From Tubiluchus corallicola (Eukaryota; Animalia; Priapulida): DNA of 64,000 nt. The notes under the pieces were generated by a model. The model worked only from the letters and a program-made list of their open reading frames with translations, was not told where the DNA came from and did no database searches. The stretch spans positions 620,001 through 684,000 of the forward strand of contig JAQGDQ010000083.1 of the NCBI GenBank assembly GCA_030141605.1, read 5' to 3'. The position numbers and the translations under genes are program-made. Below, one piece after another: positions 1-13,317 of the stretch. Each line of letters opens with the position of its first letter. Position 1 is the first letter of the stretch.

Positions 1-1779
1 TCCTTTTTACGTAATTGCGTATTCAGCTGCGTATAGGCAACCCAATAGGAATAGCTGCAAAAAATAACGCAACAACCCGGGTCTGATAAACAGGTCCGTT
101 GAAAACAATGCAAATGATTTTTACGCAGTAACGCATGACGCATTCCATATGTTTGATAAACGCCTTTAATTTCCGATAGGTGTCACTTTTTGTGCACCAC
201 TCTGACCTACTATAATTTTTAGCATGAGCACATTGTTTAACTTGGAATAGATATTATATTCACAGATATTATAGATATTATGTGAATAGATATTATATTC
301 ACATATCTATCGGTATATGAGGTTAAAATACAGTCAGTTTAATTTTAAGCTTTCATTCCACTGTCGCTTGTATAGCGACAAAAATACCTAAAATATACAA
401 TTTTCAAGCAGAGGCTTTTCAGCGACAAAATTTTTCGTTTCTTAATAACATCATTTTATTTCATACAAAATCCCAGCGCATTTGTCTTCTAGTTTTCGTT
501 ATTGTGTACTCAGTGATTCGATTAATTCCGTGTGCTCGCACAGAAACAAGCTTTTTTACTGGATTTATTTCTCGCTGAGCTAAAATCACGCTTAATGCAC
601 TTAATCTCTGTTGTAAATCCAAACAGAAATAGCCGACGTCACTGTTTCTCCAACATCAAACGGCTGAATCTAATGTCTAAGACTAAGAGGTGATTGATAG
701 AGCTGAATATGCACACCAAACTGTCGCTTCGAGATCTCCGTAATGCTAATGTGTAACTAGGGAGTTGAAACTATTTCATCTAATCTCGTTTTGACTTGAC
801 GTCACGTCTCTGTTGCTCTTCCTTTCTCTCAGAAGCTCGTTTTGTGGGTTTTAAGTAACAATAGGGACCATTTCACAGTGAGGGCGCAAAATTCCTCATA
901 CAATTCCTTGTGAGAAATTCTTCTCTCAGCTAGAAGATATGCGTCCTCCTCGTGGGGAATTTTATCGCATGGTATAAATACTGCATGTTCCATTTTCGTG
1001 AGGAATTCTCGAGGAATTCAAGTTTAAATTTAACTACTTGATTACTTCTTTCTTAATTAACGAACAACAATTAGCACATTTCAGCATAAAATTATAAAAT
1101 GATATCTCTCTTTTAACAGATTGACGATTTTACGTTTTGTTAATGCAACACCTATGGCTATATTCGTCAAAAAGAAAATTAACGCACGCATATATTTATT
1201 TTATATATGTATATTTTCAGATTTTGAAGTTGTTAGTAGAATTTTACTAAAAACAAACAGGTCTGACATTACATTGACTAACATTATCAATTGTACTTTT
1301 TATATGAGAAATACGGCAAGTACAACTTAATTTAGACATGATTATACAGTATAAAACTCGCCAAGTAACTGCAGGTAACTAGACGCGAGGTTTCACATTG
1401 AAATGAACTTTCTTGCTGCGGGGATTTCAAGAAAAAAAAATCGGAAACTTTCAAAATTTTCTCTGATTTTCTGACAACAGTTTCATTGTCATCGTTATTG
1501 TTATCGTATGAATTTGCGTGATAAAAGGCCTTGAAAAATCAAGCTTGTGACGTCACTAACCTCTTCGCTTACTAGGGAACAAGAAAAGGGTACCTGAAGC
1601 TAGGTTGCAGAAAATTTATATTACTTTATAGCAATTTTATGCATATATCGTACTCACGTTGAAAAGAGTTTTTGTTTGTTTTCATTTTAAATCTCCCACA
1701 ATACTGTTCTGACCGTGCCATTACATGACGTCACATAAAGCAACGTAAATCAGGGGAAGAAAAGTAAATGTTAAGCAGT

Positions 1780-2170
1780 GTCCCAAAAAACTTTCCATGC
1801 AATGTTATGTTACTTAGCATTTCGTTTACCTGCTTGAAAAACTTATGTAGCTAGAAAAGAAAATTATTAATTACCATTAAAGTGTTTTCACCAATTGGTA
1901 AAATGTCCTTGACTCACCTCCAGGGTGCAACACTCACTAACCAAAAACATATTTTTAATCTTATTGACAAGATACAGTAATTTAAAATTTTATTTAGTTA
2001 GTGATGTGTGCGCTACGAATGCTGTGACTATTTTCTCAAACTTTACTCATTGTTATCTAAACTTGTTTCAAGTGGCTTATCGTCAAAATGGCTGCGCCTA
2101 ACGGTCATCGAGGGAGTTTAAACTTACATGTTTTATACAGCGTTACTACCGACGCAAGACCTGTATGTAA
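1780..2170 (+). repeat. Dispersed repeat family B, copy 1 (unclassified, probably non-autonomous DNA element)
   Basis: Core ...TTTAGTTAGTGATGTGTGCGCTACGAATGCTGTGA...AAAATGGCTGCGCCTAACGGTCAT... recurs at ~24575-24830 (+), ~45210-45545 (-) and ~50130-50450 (-); boundaries approximate. Confidence 0.7.
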
Positions 2171-2959
2171 AAGGGCAGTAAGTAAATTTTGTAGAAGTGC
2201 AATAAAATTTTCAAGCTTTGTTTAAGTGGAGGGTTTCCTTACGTTTTAAAGCACAACAACAGCTTTACTAGTCATTACCGGAAGAGTGGACATTGTAAGA
2301 TGTAAAGTCTGGCATTGCGAATGCTAGTGGTTCTAATGTACTAAATGCATATTAATGACTCTAGTCATCAAACACGTAATTATGACGAAGAAAAACTAGA
2401 CAAAAACACTCAGTAGACGACTTTTTTCTCTGAAACGACAAATATGCCAAAGGCATCTTCGTGTATATGAAATGTGGCAGGCTAGACGGCAAAAACTATA
2501 AAAACAATCAGATGAAATGCTGATCCTAAAGGCGGATTTTGCGTCTCGAGTTTCCCTCTAAACGGAAAACACTCAACTACAATTCCTATAATGACAGTGT
2601 TAAGGTTATTTCTTAAATCATTGTGTTACGTACTTTGATGTTATAGATGGAAAAAAGGCGTTCAGTTTGTATAGAAGAGAAATGCATTGTTCAAATCCCC
2701 TAATTAAAGCTTTATCTGAAAGTTAAGGGGGTTTCACTACTGACATTAGAAGACAGTGGAGGAAATCATTATATAGGAATTATAGTTAGAAGAAGCCAAC
2801 ACTTGATATATTAACATATTTTGACACAGTATGTATCGTATATAGTATATAATATTATAAATACTGTCCAATTGTGGTGTATGTTTGTATATTTTGTGTG
2901 TAACTAAGGATTTGATTAGAAATAAAACGTTAAATCAAATCAAATCAAATCAAATAAAG

Positions 2960-3205
2960 ACAGCAAACTCGCAAGTGTGAACTGATTTGCGAGTTACTGT
3001 CAGCGACTTACTGAAAACTCTCCGACAACGTTACTGTCTAGTGTGAACGTCTTGGCGAGTTACTCTCGACCCTTCTTGTAATGAATGAGAAGGGAGTGTT
3101 AGCTCGCCTTTACTGTCGGAAAGTACCTCGCAGCAGGTGTTACTCTCTAGTCTGATTACACTTGGGAGTTACTTGGTGAGAAAACTAGCTAACCTGAACG
3201 CGTGT
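2960..3205 (+). mobile_element. MITE-like repeat family C, copy 1 (possibly PIF/Harbinger-derived)
   Basis: TTTGCGAGTTACTGT...TACTGTCTAGTGTGAA...AGCTCGCC...CTCTCTAGTCTGA...GAGTTACTTGG is colinear with 60384-60698. Confidence 0.6.
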
Positions 3206-4554
3206 TTTCTCACCAAGTTATGTTACCATTAGTTATGTTACCATTTCTCACCATTATGTTACTTTAATTCATTTAAAAGGGAAAGTTGTCAGAAATTTTT
3301 CAATAAGGTTGACAAGCTGAAAATTATGAAAACCTTGTTCACACATGCCATATTTTTTATACATTTCAGAATTCTACAAGCGAGAATCCAGCATCCGGCA
3401 GGTTTTGCTCAAATAAGACAGTCGTGGCAGGACCGAAACTTGACTTATTGCCGAAGCAATACCTTTAAAATGAGCCAGTGAACCAACAGAGAAAGGAAAA
3501 TGTGTTAATTTTCGAAAAGTGCAGCGCTTCGAAAATTTGTGTATACCTAATGTAAAGCGTAATAACTGACAGTTTACTGACAAGTAGAGATGCTGTTATC
3601 TACTGACTAGAAATTTGCTGTCATCACCTGACAGTAATGATGTCGTTGTCTAGTGAAGCTAAAGATGTTGTACTCACTGCAAGACATTGTTCTCTACTCA
3701 CACTAAAGATGCTTTTGCCGACTGAAGGCTTAATAGTAGCAAAGATTCTGTCGTTTGTAGGCAAGAAATATTTTGAAATTTATTGACATAACCTGCAAGC
3801 ACTAACAAGCTTTTGGTTACCCGTTATTGACAGTATGGTCTGCTGGCAGCAAACATGGTTTTCTAGTATAATTCTGCCTTCTTATGATTGTCGTAACTCA
3901 TTATAGACTATTTAGAGATTGAGGATGCTTCAGTCTCCATCACGATCATCAGCATCATCATCATCATCATTATTATCGTCGTCGTCTTCGTCATCATCTC
4001 ATTATCATCATCGTCGTTGTCGTCGTCGTCATTATCATAATGAAAACGTAAGTCTTATTTGCAGATTTACACAATATCTACATCTAGATACACAGTCATT
4101 CCCTACACATTATTTACGCTCGAATTTTTATTTTCAAATAAGAGTTCCAAACTAAAATCACTTGTGTCAATTTATGAAGGAGGGATCATTTTCCATCGTC
4201 CCATTAAAACCCCACATCTATACGGCTTGTTATAACAGCTTTTATCTAAACTGTTTTATTATTTTATTTATCCTCGCGCTAATTTCGGCATTTGGTTTAA
4301 AGATTTCCGTAACGCCTCGACTTTTCGCAATATTTTATTGGCTGTTTCTCATTATAGACTGTTTATACGGATTCCGTTTCAGTCAGCCAGCTGTGCAAGC
4401 TTATCAATTCCAAGTTTTTTGCTTGGATTCATTGAAGTTATTTTTCTTTCAACTTCTCAACTTATTTGTTTTACGATCACCTAGCACCAGCTTCAGAGGA
4501 AGTTATTTTAGGGTGGCATAAATAGCAGTTGGTTCTCTCTTGTGACAAAAAACT

Positions 4555-4761
<207 letters not shown>

Positions 4762-5792
4762 ATCATAACCCTAAAACCCAGGATCCCGGACAGACCAAAC
4801 ATAGACTACCCTCTGGTAGATCAGACGTCAGACATAAAAGACTCAAAACAGCACCTGATATAAAACAGAAGGAAGTGGACCCAATCCTTTAATTAGACCA
4901 CGTGTAGAATGCGACAAGGTCAAGTCATAGACCTCGGCTATCCTGCTCCGTAATGCATTATTTTATTGGATAATGACTGTCACATAATGCAAAATTGTTA
5001 CACAATGATTGCTGCACAAAGACGTAAAATTCGGTACATAATAACGATTTCTGTGATTTGTTACATAATGCTGCACCGTTACATAGTGTACCTCAACAGC
5101 CGTCATGGGTTCAATGTCGTAGCCTTGTTAGTTAGATCATGAATCGGGATTTCAAAATATCAGAAACTAACGCAGACTGATACAGTTACCACCTCTATGC
5201 TGGTCTTGCCACAAGTTACCATTGGGCCAGTTTCACAAAACAGTAAACAGTTATTGAACGTGAACTTGCTTAGAAAATGCATTGTAAATTACGAATTCAA
5301 GTTTCGTGTACACCACAAATAAAGTGAGTATTAGTGAATAATGATGGCTGCCACCCAACAGCAGCACGATATACCTTAATTAACGAAAGTATTTCCCATT
5401 TATTTTACAATGGGCACTGAAATTCCTTTGATTACACAGGTTTGATTGCCTTGATGGTGCACGAGAAGTGGATAAACTGAGCCTTCGTTACAAATTCTTT
5501 TAGCTAGTCCAATCATTGTTACACAAATCTGGAAAATTTATGAAAATTCACTGTAATATATTTCTGCGAAAATACTTTCTTGTAGTCCGTGCATTGTTTT
5601 TTGTAAAAAATGTAATAGAAATACCATGAAATTCTTTATAACAAGAACGAAGCCTTTGAACAGTTATAATAAATTGAAAGATTTGATATTCGAGCGTCAA
5701 ATTTGCAATGGCTAATATTGTTTGCTATCGGAAACATCTAAATTTACTTCAAAACGTTCAAATGACATGACGTAAATCAGTTCTAGCTTTAC

Positions 5793-6434
5793 TTAAAGAA
5801 AAAACCGGACCCAATGTTAAACTTTAGGTTGAAAACAACCTACTCTTTAAGAAATTGAAAGGAAATCTACTATTTTTTTAAAAAAATGACTTACGTGAAA
5901 CAATTATTACCACACAAGTACAATTTCGCGTTCGCGAAGCGTGGTTCTTCGCTGTTACATGCATTTTGCCAGTCGCTAGTTAGACGGGCACTAGCGAGTG
6001 TATTTCGGAAACCATTGAACAAAAAACAGGTGCTGTACCTCTCTGTTCAGATGTACAGATGCTCAGTTTAGTTTGTGACGAACTGCACACGTTCAACACC
6101 ACATGCGTGAGCACAGCGGTAAATTTGAAATTTGCATTTGTATCTAAAACTTGCCTAGTTTTAGTACAACTCACTGACTATCTTACAATAGTACTGTACT
6201 CCCATTTTCGCTTTAGCAAACACGTGCAGCACGCTCGTGGAATATTTTTGCTGTTGAAAATTACGTTCGTTTGTGATGTCATCAATAGTTGTGCTCGCCC
6301 GTCATTAATTAACATTTCAATCTATTATTTAATTATCAGAAACGCTTTTGCATTATTATTGGTGTTAAAATGTATACTTTTGACAAGACGTGAAAACAGC
6401 GTAACACGGGAAAAATCATTCTGTCTTCGTTTAA
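5793..6434 (+). mobile_element. Non-autonomous DNA transposon family A, copy 1 (TTAA-flanked, Kolobok-like)
   Basis: TTAA at 5793-5796 and 6431-6434; ~640 bp colinear with 23616-24235 (-), 29743-30284 (-) and 61760-62382 (+); family termini read TTAA-AGG...CCT-TTAA in the best-preserved ends. Confidence 0.75.
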
Positions 6435-7223
6435 GTTTCACTCACTACAGTGTTAATACAGGCTTTATACCATTTCCTCAAGAGTACGTACTGCACACAA
6501 TCACTCCAGGTTTAAATCATTTCTAGGTTTCACATACTGCATGTTCTCACATATTGCATTGTGTAACATAAAGATTATGCAGTATACAAATCTTTCGTTT
6601 AGTCATGAAACAAGTGAGGTAGACCATACGAATATGAAATTTAGATAAGTTTAAAATTTAATAGGACATTACCAGATGCTTTTAGTGCCATGCATTTTGG
6701 CTCTTCATGATATTTAAAATAGTCAATTTAAAAAATTAATTATAAACTAATGAATTAATTATCATTCTAATTAATTAACTAATTAACGTGTTGCTACATT
6801 ATTTTGTTTCGGACATCCTAGCTCATCGTCCTACAAAATTTCTATGTCTGTATACCTAGGTCAATTAGATCGCAGTAACGTACAATTTTAATTATTTGAA
6901 AAAATTAACTAATTAATCATTAATTAACTGTAATTACTTAATTAACTAAAGAATTTCTAAACACTTTTGTTTAAACCAAGGACAACGTACTACAAATCTC
7001 GCTTCAGTTGATAAAAACTTTTGGAATTAGATCAATTTAAATTTAATTAATAAACAGCTGTAATTAGTTAACTAAGAACGACCCAATTGATCATCCTGGC
7101 AAATTTAAACTCAATTAGCGAAATATTTTTGGAATTGTATAATGGATAAATACTTTTGAAGTTGGAAAAAGTGGTAGGAAAATTGTGAACTAAAACTCGC
7201 GAATTATAAAATTATCATTATTA

Positions 7224-7258
7224 ACAGATAATGTTTCGACTGTCCTCATCAGACCTGT
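7224..7258 (-). ncRNA. Minimal type-I hammerhead ribozyme-like motif (Penelope-like element relic)
   Basis: Minus strand ACAGGT-CTGATGA-GGACAGTC-GAAACATT-ATCTGT: conserved CUGAUGA and GAAA boxes, stem I ACAGGT/ATCTGT. Confidence 0.55.
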
Positions 7259-7559
7259 AACGAAATTCAATTCGATTCGCATTTTATTTCGGCATTAAAA
7301 TTGCCATATAATTCATTAAAAATTATAAATTACTACACGTACACAAACACATAAATTAGTAATTCTGTTAATTATATGCAATAACAACAAAAATATTAAA
7401 AGCTAATATTTAATATTAATATCCACAGTGAAATGATCTTGTGGTTCGCGTTTTTCACACTTCTGACGATTCGAACAACTGAGATCTCAAAATGTTACAT
7501 AATACAAAAAGTTACATAATGTAATTGTGCAATTTTGGTTATCCCAAGAAAGTTTATTA

Positions 7560-8292
7560 TCTACACAGATATCAAAGAAACTTACTTTGTTTTTTTCTGG
7601 TTTATTATGCTATTTTCAACTTTTTTGAAGTATTAGTTATATTTCATTTGAGAAGGGGGAAAGAACTATGAAATCTGTCTTGGTGCTATTTAATTTAAGT
7701 TTTAAATGGGTAATTGCTTTGTTAATGTTTGCGATGTCCTGTTTTTAAAGTCGTTGAACTGTTGTTAGATTTTCGTAGCCTAAATATATAGCTGTGTCGT
7801 CAGTATGCTGTGTTATATTGCAATGTGTTAGTGCTTTAGATATATTGTTAATATAAAGACAGAAAAGTAAGGGACCCAAAAGTGTGCTTTGCGGTATACC
7901 CTGCTGTAATGTTAGCCATTCTGAGACGGTATTTGTACATAATTTAACTCTTTGTTTTCTGTTTCTTAAGTAACTGTTAATGAGCTTTAATAAAGTTGCA
8001 TTAAATCCTAATGTTTTTAAATTGTCTTTCAAAAGATTGTGGCTATCAAATGCTTTACGTAAGTCTAAAAATGTGGCTACAACATATTTATTTTCATTTA
8101 ACTTTGATCTCCAGTTTTCATTTGCATGTATGATGGCATCAGTAGTAGAGTGTTTTCGCCTAAAACCAAATTGATGTTTACCAAGTACATTGTCAGTGTT
8201 TATATATAAATTCATTTATTCATATAGTACTCTTTCCAGAATTTTTCCAAAACAATGAACAACAGATATAGGCCGGTAATTAACAGGTACCG
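7560..8292 (-). mobile_element. Degenerate non-LTR retrotransposon reverse transcriptase (CR1/L2-group)
   Basis: NYRPISVVHCFGKILERV, QFGFRRKHSTTDA, FLDLRKAFD, GIPQSTLLGPLLFCLYIN, HTDDT (decayed YADD); stops and frameshifts. Confidence 0.9.
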
Positions 8293-8365
8293 TTGCTGCT
8301 GCTGCTGTTGTTGTTGCTGTTGCTGTTGCTGCTGCTGCTGCTACTACTACTACTACTACTACTAT

Positions 8366-8441
<76 letters not shown>
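8293..8441. repeat. Compound (CTG/TTG/CTA)n microsatellite
   Basis: Trinucleotide runs abutting the LINE fragment. Confidence 0.95.
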
Positions 8442-8443
<2 letters not shown>

Positions 8444-9052
8444 CATTTGGCGGCCTGATGCAACTGGACATGCTTGATCAAAGTGATTGACTAGGCGACT
8501 GGAGACAGGTTACTGGCAGAAACTACCTACAATCACCAACATCACCACTACTGCCAGCGCCGTTAGAGGTCAGGGGACATTATTGGAATAAAAAGCATTT
8601 CATTATTAAATTAGTTTAATTATTAACAATATATTTATAAGTTCGCTGCATTTTGAACATGAAAATGAACGATTTTTATCCACAAAGGTTTAACTGAATA
8701 TTACAATTATTCTTACACGTGGCACACCAGTCTCTACACCACAGTCTTACAACGTTCTAGTATAAGATCCTCCCTCCTTTGCATCAAGTATTAGCTCCAA
8801 TTTTTGCCAGAACCCGGTGTGTTTACTTCTAAATTTATCTTCAAATGTAAACAAGATTGCATAATAATTTATAACGTAAACTGTTTATGTTAGAATGCCA
8901 TTAAACAAGGCTGGTTCAAAGCTACGAAAATTTTTCTCAAGAGAACCCAAAACACTGCAAACTCCTTTAAGCAGACTACTAAATTTGCAGAGCCCAAAAC
9001 ACTGCGAACACCCTTAAATTTGTGGATTATTACTTTGCAGAAATTATTACTT

Positions 9053-9213
<161 letters not shown>

Positions 9214-9214
<1 letters not shown>

Positions 9215-9998
9215 TAGCAAAGGCCACGCATAGTATTTTGCATATAAATTCACTATTAATCAGCAATGCGCGAACATTCTACCTAGTGTTCGTTTATCTA
9301 CCTAAAGCAAAGCCAGTAGCAGTTTTTACTGAATTAAAGTTATAAGTTTATAAGCAGAGTATAATGGATGACGTCAGAACAATTGCTTTGCGACAGCAGT
9401 TTTCCAAGCGAAAATTGCCAAAAATGGAACATCTAATTAACTCGTCGCGACTTCTCTTGTTGGACGTGTCCTAAAATATAGCCTACACCATCGTGTAGCC
9501 CTGTTCTCCCTCTTTCTAAAGAGCAATATATCTCCTTTCAAGAGTCCCAATGAACGCCACTAGAACGTTTTTTCTACAGGCCGTTGGGCCAAAATTTCGA
9601 AAAAATAGGGAATTGGGTCCGGGAAAACGCCCGTCACGGGGCGTCGTGGCCCTACCCCGAATTCTAAGTAAGACTATAACACCCACCGTCTAACGGGCTA
9701 TCTAACCATTACTGGCACCACCCCCGACACGTTCTCGTTCTCTAGAAATAAGAGGTATAAATTTTGCAAAAAATGGCCGAAAAATGGTCCCTGTTCCTCC
9801 CGGTGGGGCCGATTCCAAAAATAAGCCCCCATGTGCGAACCCTTGGGTGGAGACCTTTCATTTGACGTATAGATCGTCGAAAATGGTGCCGTCGTCGCAG
9901 CTGTAGCCTCGTCGGTTATATGTCCACCCATATATATATATACCAGCGAAATTAATATATAGACTAGCCAATCCCCGCAAAAAGAATTTTGCGCATAG
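9214..9998 (+). mobile_element. Relatively GC-rich non-autonomous element, possibly Helentron/HINE-like
   Basis: CpG-rich island between two microsatellites, starts at TACTAG, ends with (TA)n and ATTAATATATAGACTAG; classification is by resemblance only. Confidence 0.3.
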
Positions 9999-9999
9999 T

Positions 10000-10268
10000 C
10001 ACCACACCACCCACACCATACCACTCCACCACATCACACCACACTGGACCACTCCATACCACCTCACTGCACCACCCAAAAAAATCATACCACACCACCC
10101 ACACCCTGCCACCAACACCACACACACATCATCAATACCACACATCGCCACCCAGACCACACTAAACCACACCCACCACACCACTCACTCCACTCCACCA
10201 ACACCCCACACACCCTACCATCCCATCCCACCACACCACACAACCCACACCACATCAAATCCACCACC
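10000..10268. repeat. Degenerate (CACCA)n low-complexity repeat
   Basis: C/A-rich degenerate pentamer array; explains the V/W/C/G-rich ORFs on the minus strand. Confidence 0.9.
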
Positions 10269-11020
10269 TCACATGGTGATCATGGTGTTGATGATGGTGG
10301 TGATGATGGCAACGATGACGACACCTATAGCAGCAGCTCCAACAGCACAGCATCACAACAAAACCATTCCAAACATTTTCCGCAAAGTCGAAACTGTGTG
10401 CTATAATACATGCTCTTTGTCTGTTTACCAATGATTAATAATGCGCGGACATAGTTTTGTTTGCTGCTTCTCAGATGATAATAAGCTAACAGATGATACT
10501 GACATGTATAATCTATAACACTGTAGAACGGCGGGTGAAAACAATGCCTGGAACAGTCGCGAAAATTCTAAAACTCAAAGACAATGGATGTTCCAACTAG
10601 CGTGCAGCACAGGGGGAGAAAATGAGCTCTACACTAAATTAACAGGATTTTCTTTATGATAAAGGGAAACATTCGGATACGCACTACCATTTAATTTTAA
10701 AAGTAGCCCAGCCGTTTGGTACTGGATTCCAGTACCCAGCATAAAATGGCATAACTTATATCATGCAGTAATGTATAAAGCAAAATCAAAAATATACAGC
10801 CAAACATTTTTACAGTCAATACATTTTATTTTTATTTTTTATATTGTTGCGTAGTCCAAATAGAATTCTCAATAAGAAATAGATTGTTTTGTTAAATGAG
10901 CAGTAAATATGCCATAATTCACAAAAAATTGTGTAAGACGGAAAAAATTATTAATTAATTAGACTTCACCAGCAACGATAGTATAAACAATGGACAGACA
11001 ATCCATGGAGACAAATTTAA

Positions 11021-11442
11021 TCAGGCTCTGTAATTATGATGAATACAAATTGCGGTTAGCAGCGCCAAAGAAGCGATTGTCAGTTTAGATGCCAGATACC
11101 TTGCAAGATCACCGTTCAGCATCGCAAACACCCGCACAGGAGCACCTGAACCATCCCTGATGTTCATAGGTATGGCGAATACAGTGTAACCAGCAGGCGG
11201 TAACCGATCCAAGTTTGCCAGGAGATCTATTATTCCAATGCTGTTTTCTGCTTGAACAAGTTGATGCACTTGAACTGTTGGATCAACGCCAGGATCCAAA
11301 GCCAAATCAGATCCGAATAATTTGACGCGTCGATTTTCAATCAGCCATTTCACGGCTTCAACGTCAATTCCCGGCATGTGCCATTTTCCTTCATCATCCA
11401 CGCCAAAGACTGCTCGGATGTCGTCGCCTCCTCTATGTCTTC
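11021..11442 (-). CDS. Cyclase-family (KynB kynurenine formamidase/isatin hydrolase-like) gene, exon 2
   Basis: Acceptor ...ctcgttctAG at 11444-11443; phase 1 join gives ...FLNT-G-RHRGGDDIRAVFGVDDEGKWHMPGIDVEAVKWL...LFGSD...VHQL...LANLDRLP...AIPMNIRDGSGAPVRVFA (typical cyclase C-terminal motifs); TGA at 11021-11023; AATAAA at 10830-10825. Confidence 0.9.
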
Positions 11443-11942
11443 CTAGAACGAGAGTTTACTCGTGTAAAATGACTTGAAAGGTCTAAGTCAAATCAAGTTT
11501 TAAAGCAAAAGAACGAAAATCAAAATGCAATTGAATCGACCTAACCACACAGACCGACAGATGTCACTAGGAGAATTGTCTGCTGCTGCTGTGTCACTCT
11601 TTGCAGATAATGCCATTTTTGCTAATAAAATGTGAAATGGTAGAAATTGTTTTTTTTGTCATAAAGTGCATGATTGCTACTCTTTTAAATAAACCTTGGC
11701 AAACTTGTGGGTTTACTCTGGAATTATTTACAGGAACCTACTGTAACAGGTTACAATAACAATTAAATCAAATGAAATCGATTCGTAATCCAGTCAAATC
11801 AAATCAACGTTTAAATTTAAATCTCATGTTCGGATTATGTTTGTTTGTTTACAAAATGATACTGCTAAGTTCTGCAGGTTTAGTCGTTTACTGAGTAATT
11901 TATAACGGCAACCAATAGACCTGAAATTCTTGAAATTCTTAC

Positions 11943-12387
11943 CTGTGTTTAGGAAGAAAATACTCTTGTCTGGAATTCTTCCATAGGCTATTTCCCACTC
12001 GTTAATATCATCCATTGTTGCAACGTAATCATGATTTTCTTCACTCTTTGCTGATATGTCCAACATGACTCCATTTCCAATGAGCTCGCTAAGAGGCATT
12101 TCTCCAATTGTTCTCTCACCGTCTTTCATATGTAGCGGTGCATCTAGATGTGTTCCTGTATGCTCAACTAGGCACATCTTATTCGTCTGATAATAAACCC
12201 CGTGTTCATTTGTCTGTTTGTAATAGACGCTCATGTTAAACGGCGGATGCGAAACAAGCGGTATTTCTAACATCTGGTTGTGGTAGAGGCGCGTCAAGTC
12301 AATTATTTCTCCATGCTCATTTGCGTTAACGTGAACGTTAATAAACGCTGTAATAACGCCTACAATAAGAAAAAGTTTGAGATCCAT
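11943..12387 (-). CDS. Cyclase-family (KynB/isatin hydrolase-like) gene, exon 1, with signal peptide
   Basis: EHTGTHLDAPLH matches the HxGTHxDxPxH cyclase signature; N-terminal MDLKLFLIVGVITAFINVHVNA signal-like; IIDLT motif; donor GTAAG at 11942-11938; spliced product ~288 aa. Confidence 0.92.
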
Positions 12388-12501
12388 GGCAGAGACCAGC
12401 CAAGAATTTTCTTGATAGCAGACTCTGAATGGTCTAATTTTAACCGGGGCAACTGTTATCTTACAACTTGGGCCAAGGTTTGTTATTTACGATGCTTTTT
12501 G

Positions 12502-12507
12502 TTTATA
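12502..12507 (-). promoter_or_regulatory. Possible TATA box of the cyclase gene
   Basis: TATAAA on the minus strand ~115 bp upstream of the ATG; weak evidence in AT-rich DNA. Confidence 0.3.
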
Positions 12508-12691
12508 CAAGCTGGCTTCACAGTTCATGGTTCAATTTACGCAACAGAACTTTTATAATTTTTTCATGTGCAACTGAAGTTTTGCAACGTTGGGTAAACA
12601 ACTAGTAGCTTACGCGAGTATTCTAAATCAACAGCTGGATTAAAATGCAGGTCTTTCTAATTATTCCTTTTTAATTTTATATATAAATAAA

Positions 12692-12756
<65 letters not shown>

Positions 12757-12790
12757 TGTTGTTGTTATTATTATTACTATTATATTATTA
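12692..12790. repeat. (ATT)n microsatellite
   Basis: ATT run. Confidence 0.95.
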
Positions 12791-13317
12791 TAATATAACA
12801 TTTTTATATATACATATATTTTATTTATTGTATATCTTTTGTTCAGATAAAATGATTAATTGTTATGCGGACATTAATGCAAATTACTTCAATTTTTAAC
12901 TTGCTCGTTCATTCGTTTCACTATTCATTGAGTCCATCTATCAAATCATTAAGTTAGACAATCAGTCAGTCATTCAGTCCATCACTATCAGTCAATTAGT
13001 CATTAAATCAGGTAGTTAGTTGGACGGTTGGTTGGTCGGTTGGTTAATTAGTCGGCAGATTATTCTGGCGCTATCTGTTCTGTGTTTTTAACTTATTTCT
13101 AGACCTTAGTCTAGACTTCTCATGTTAATTGTTGATTGAGTACTTTGTCACTGAACACTGAAATCCTTGTACGTTGTATAGGCAGCTGAGAGAATCAGAA
13201 TGTACTGAATGTGCTTATGTGTTCCCAGGCAAAAAAATGCAGTCGTCAATAATGGCGCCTAGATCATCTATGGTGCAGCACCACTGTTTGCCACCATGAC
13301 GTGTCACGATATATAAC

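Noticed and set aside
6059-6526. 155-aa ORF with apparent paralogues at ~23.9 and ~62.1 kb
   Set aside because: Similarity comes from family A repeat copies; frames are not conserved between copies
11824-11942. C-terminal part of the 187-aa ORF
   Set aside because: Read-through into the intron after the GTAAG donor
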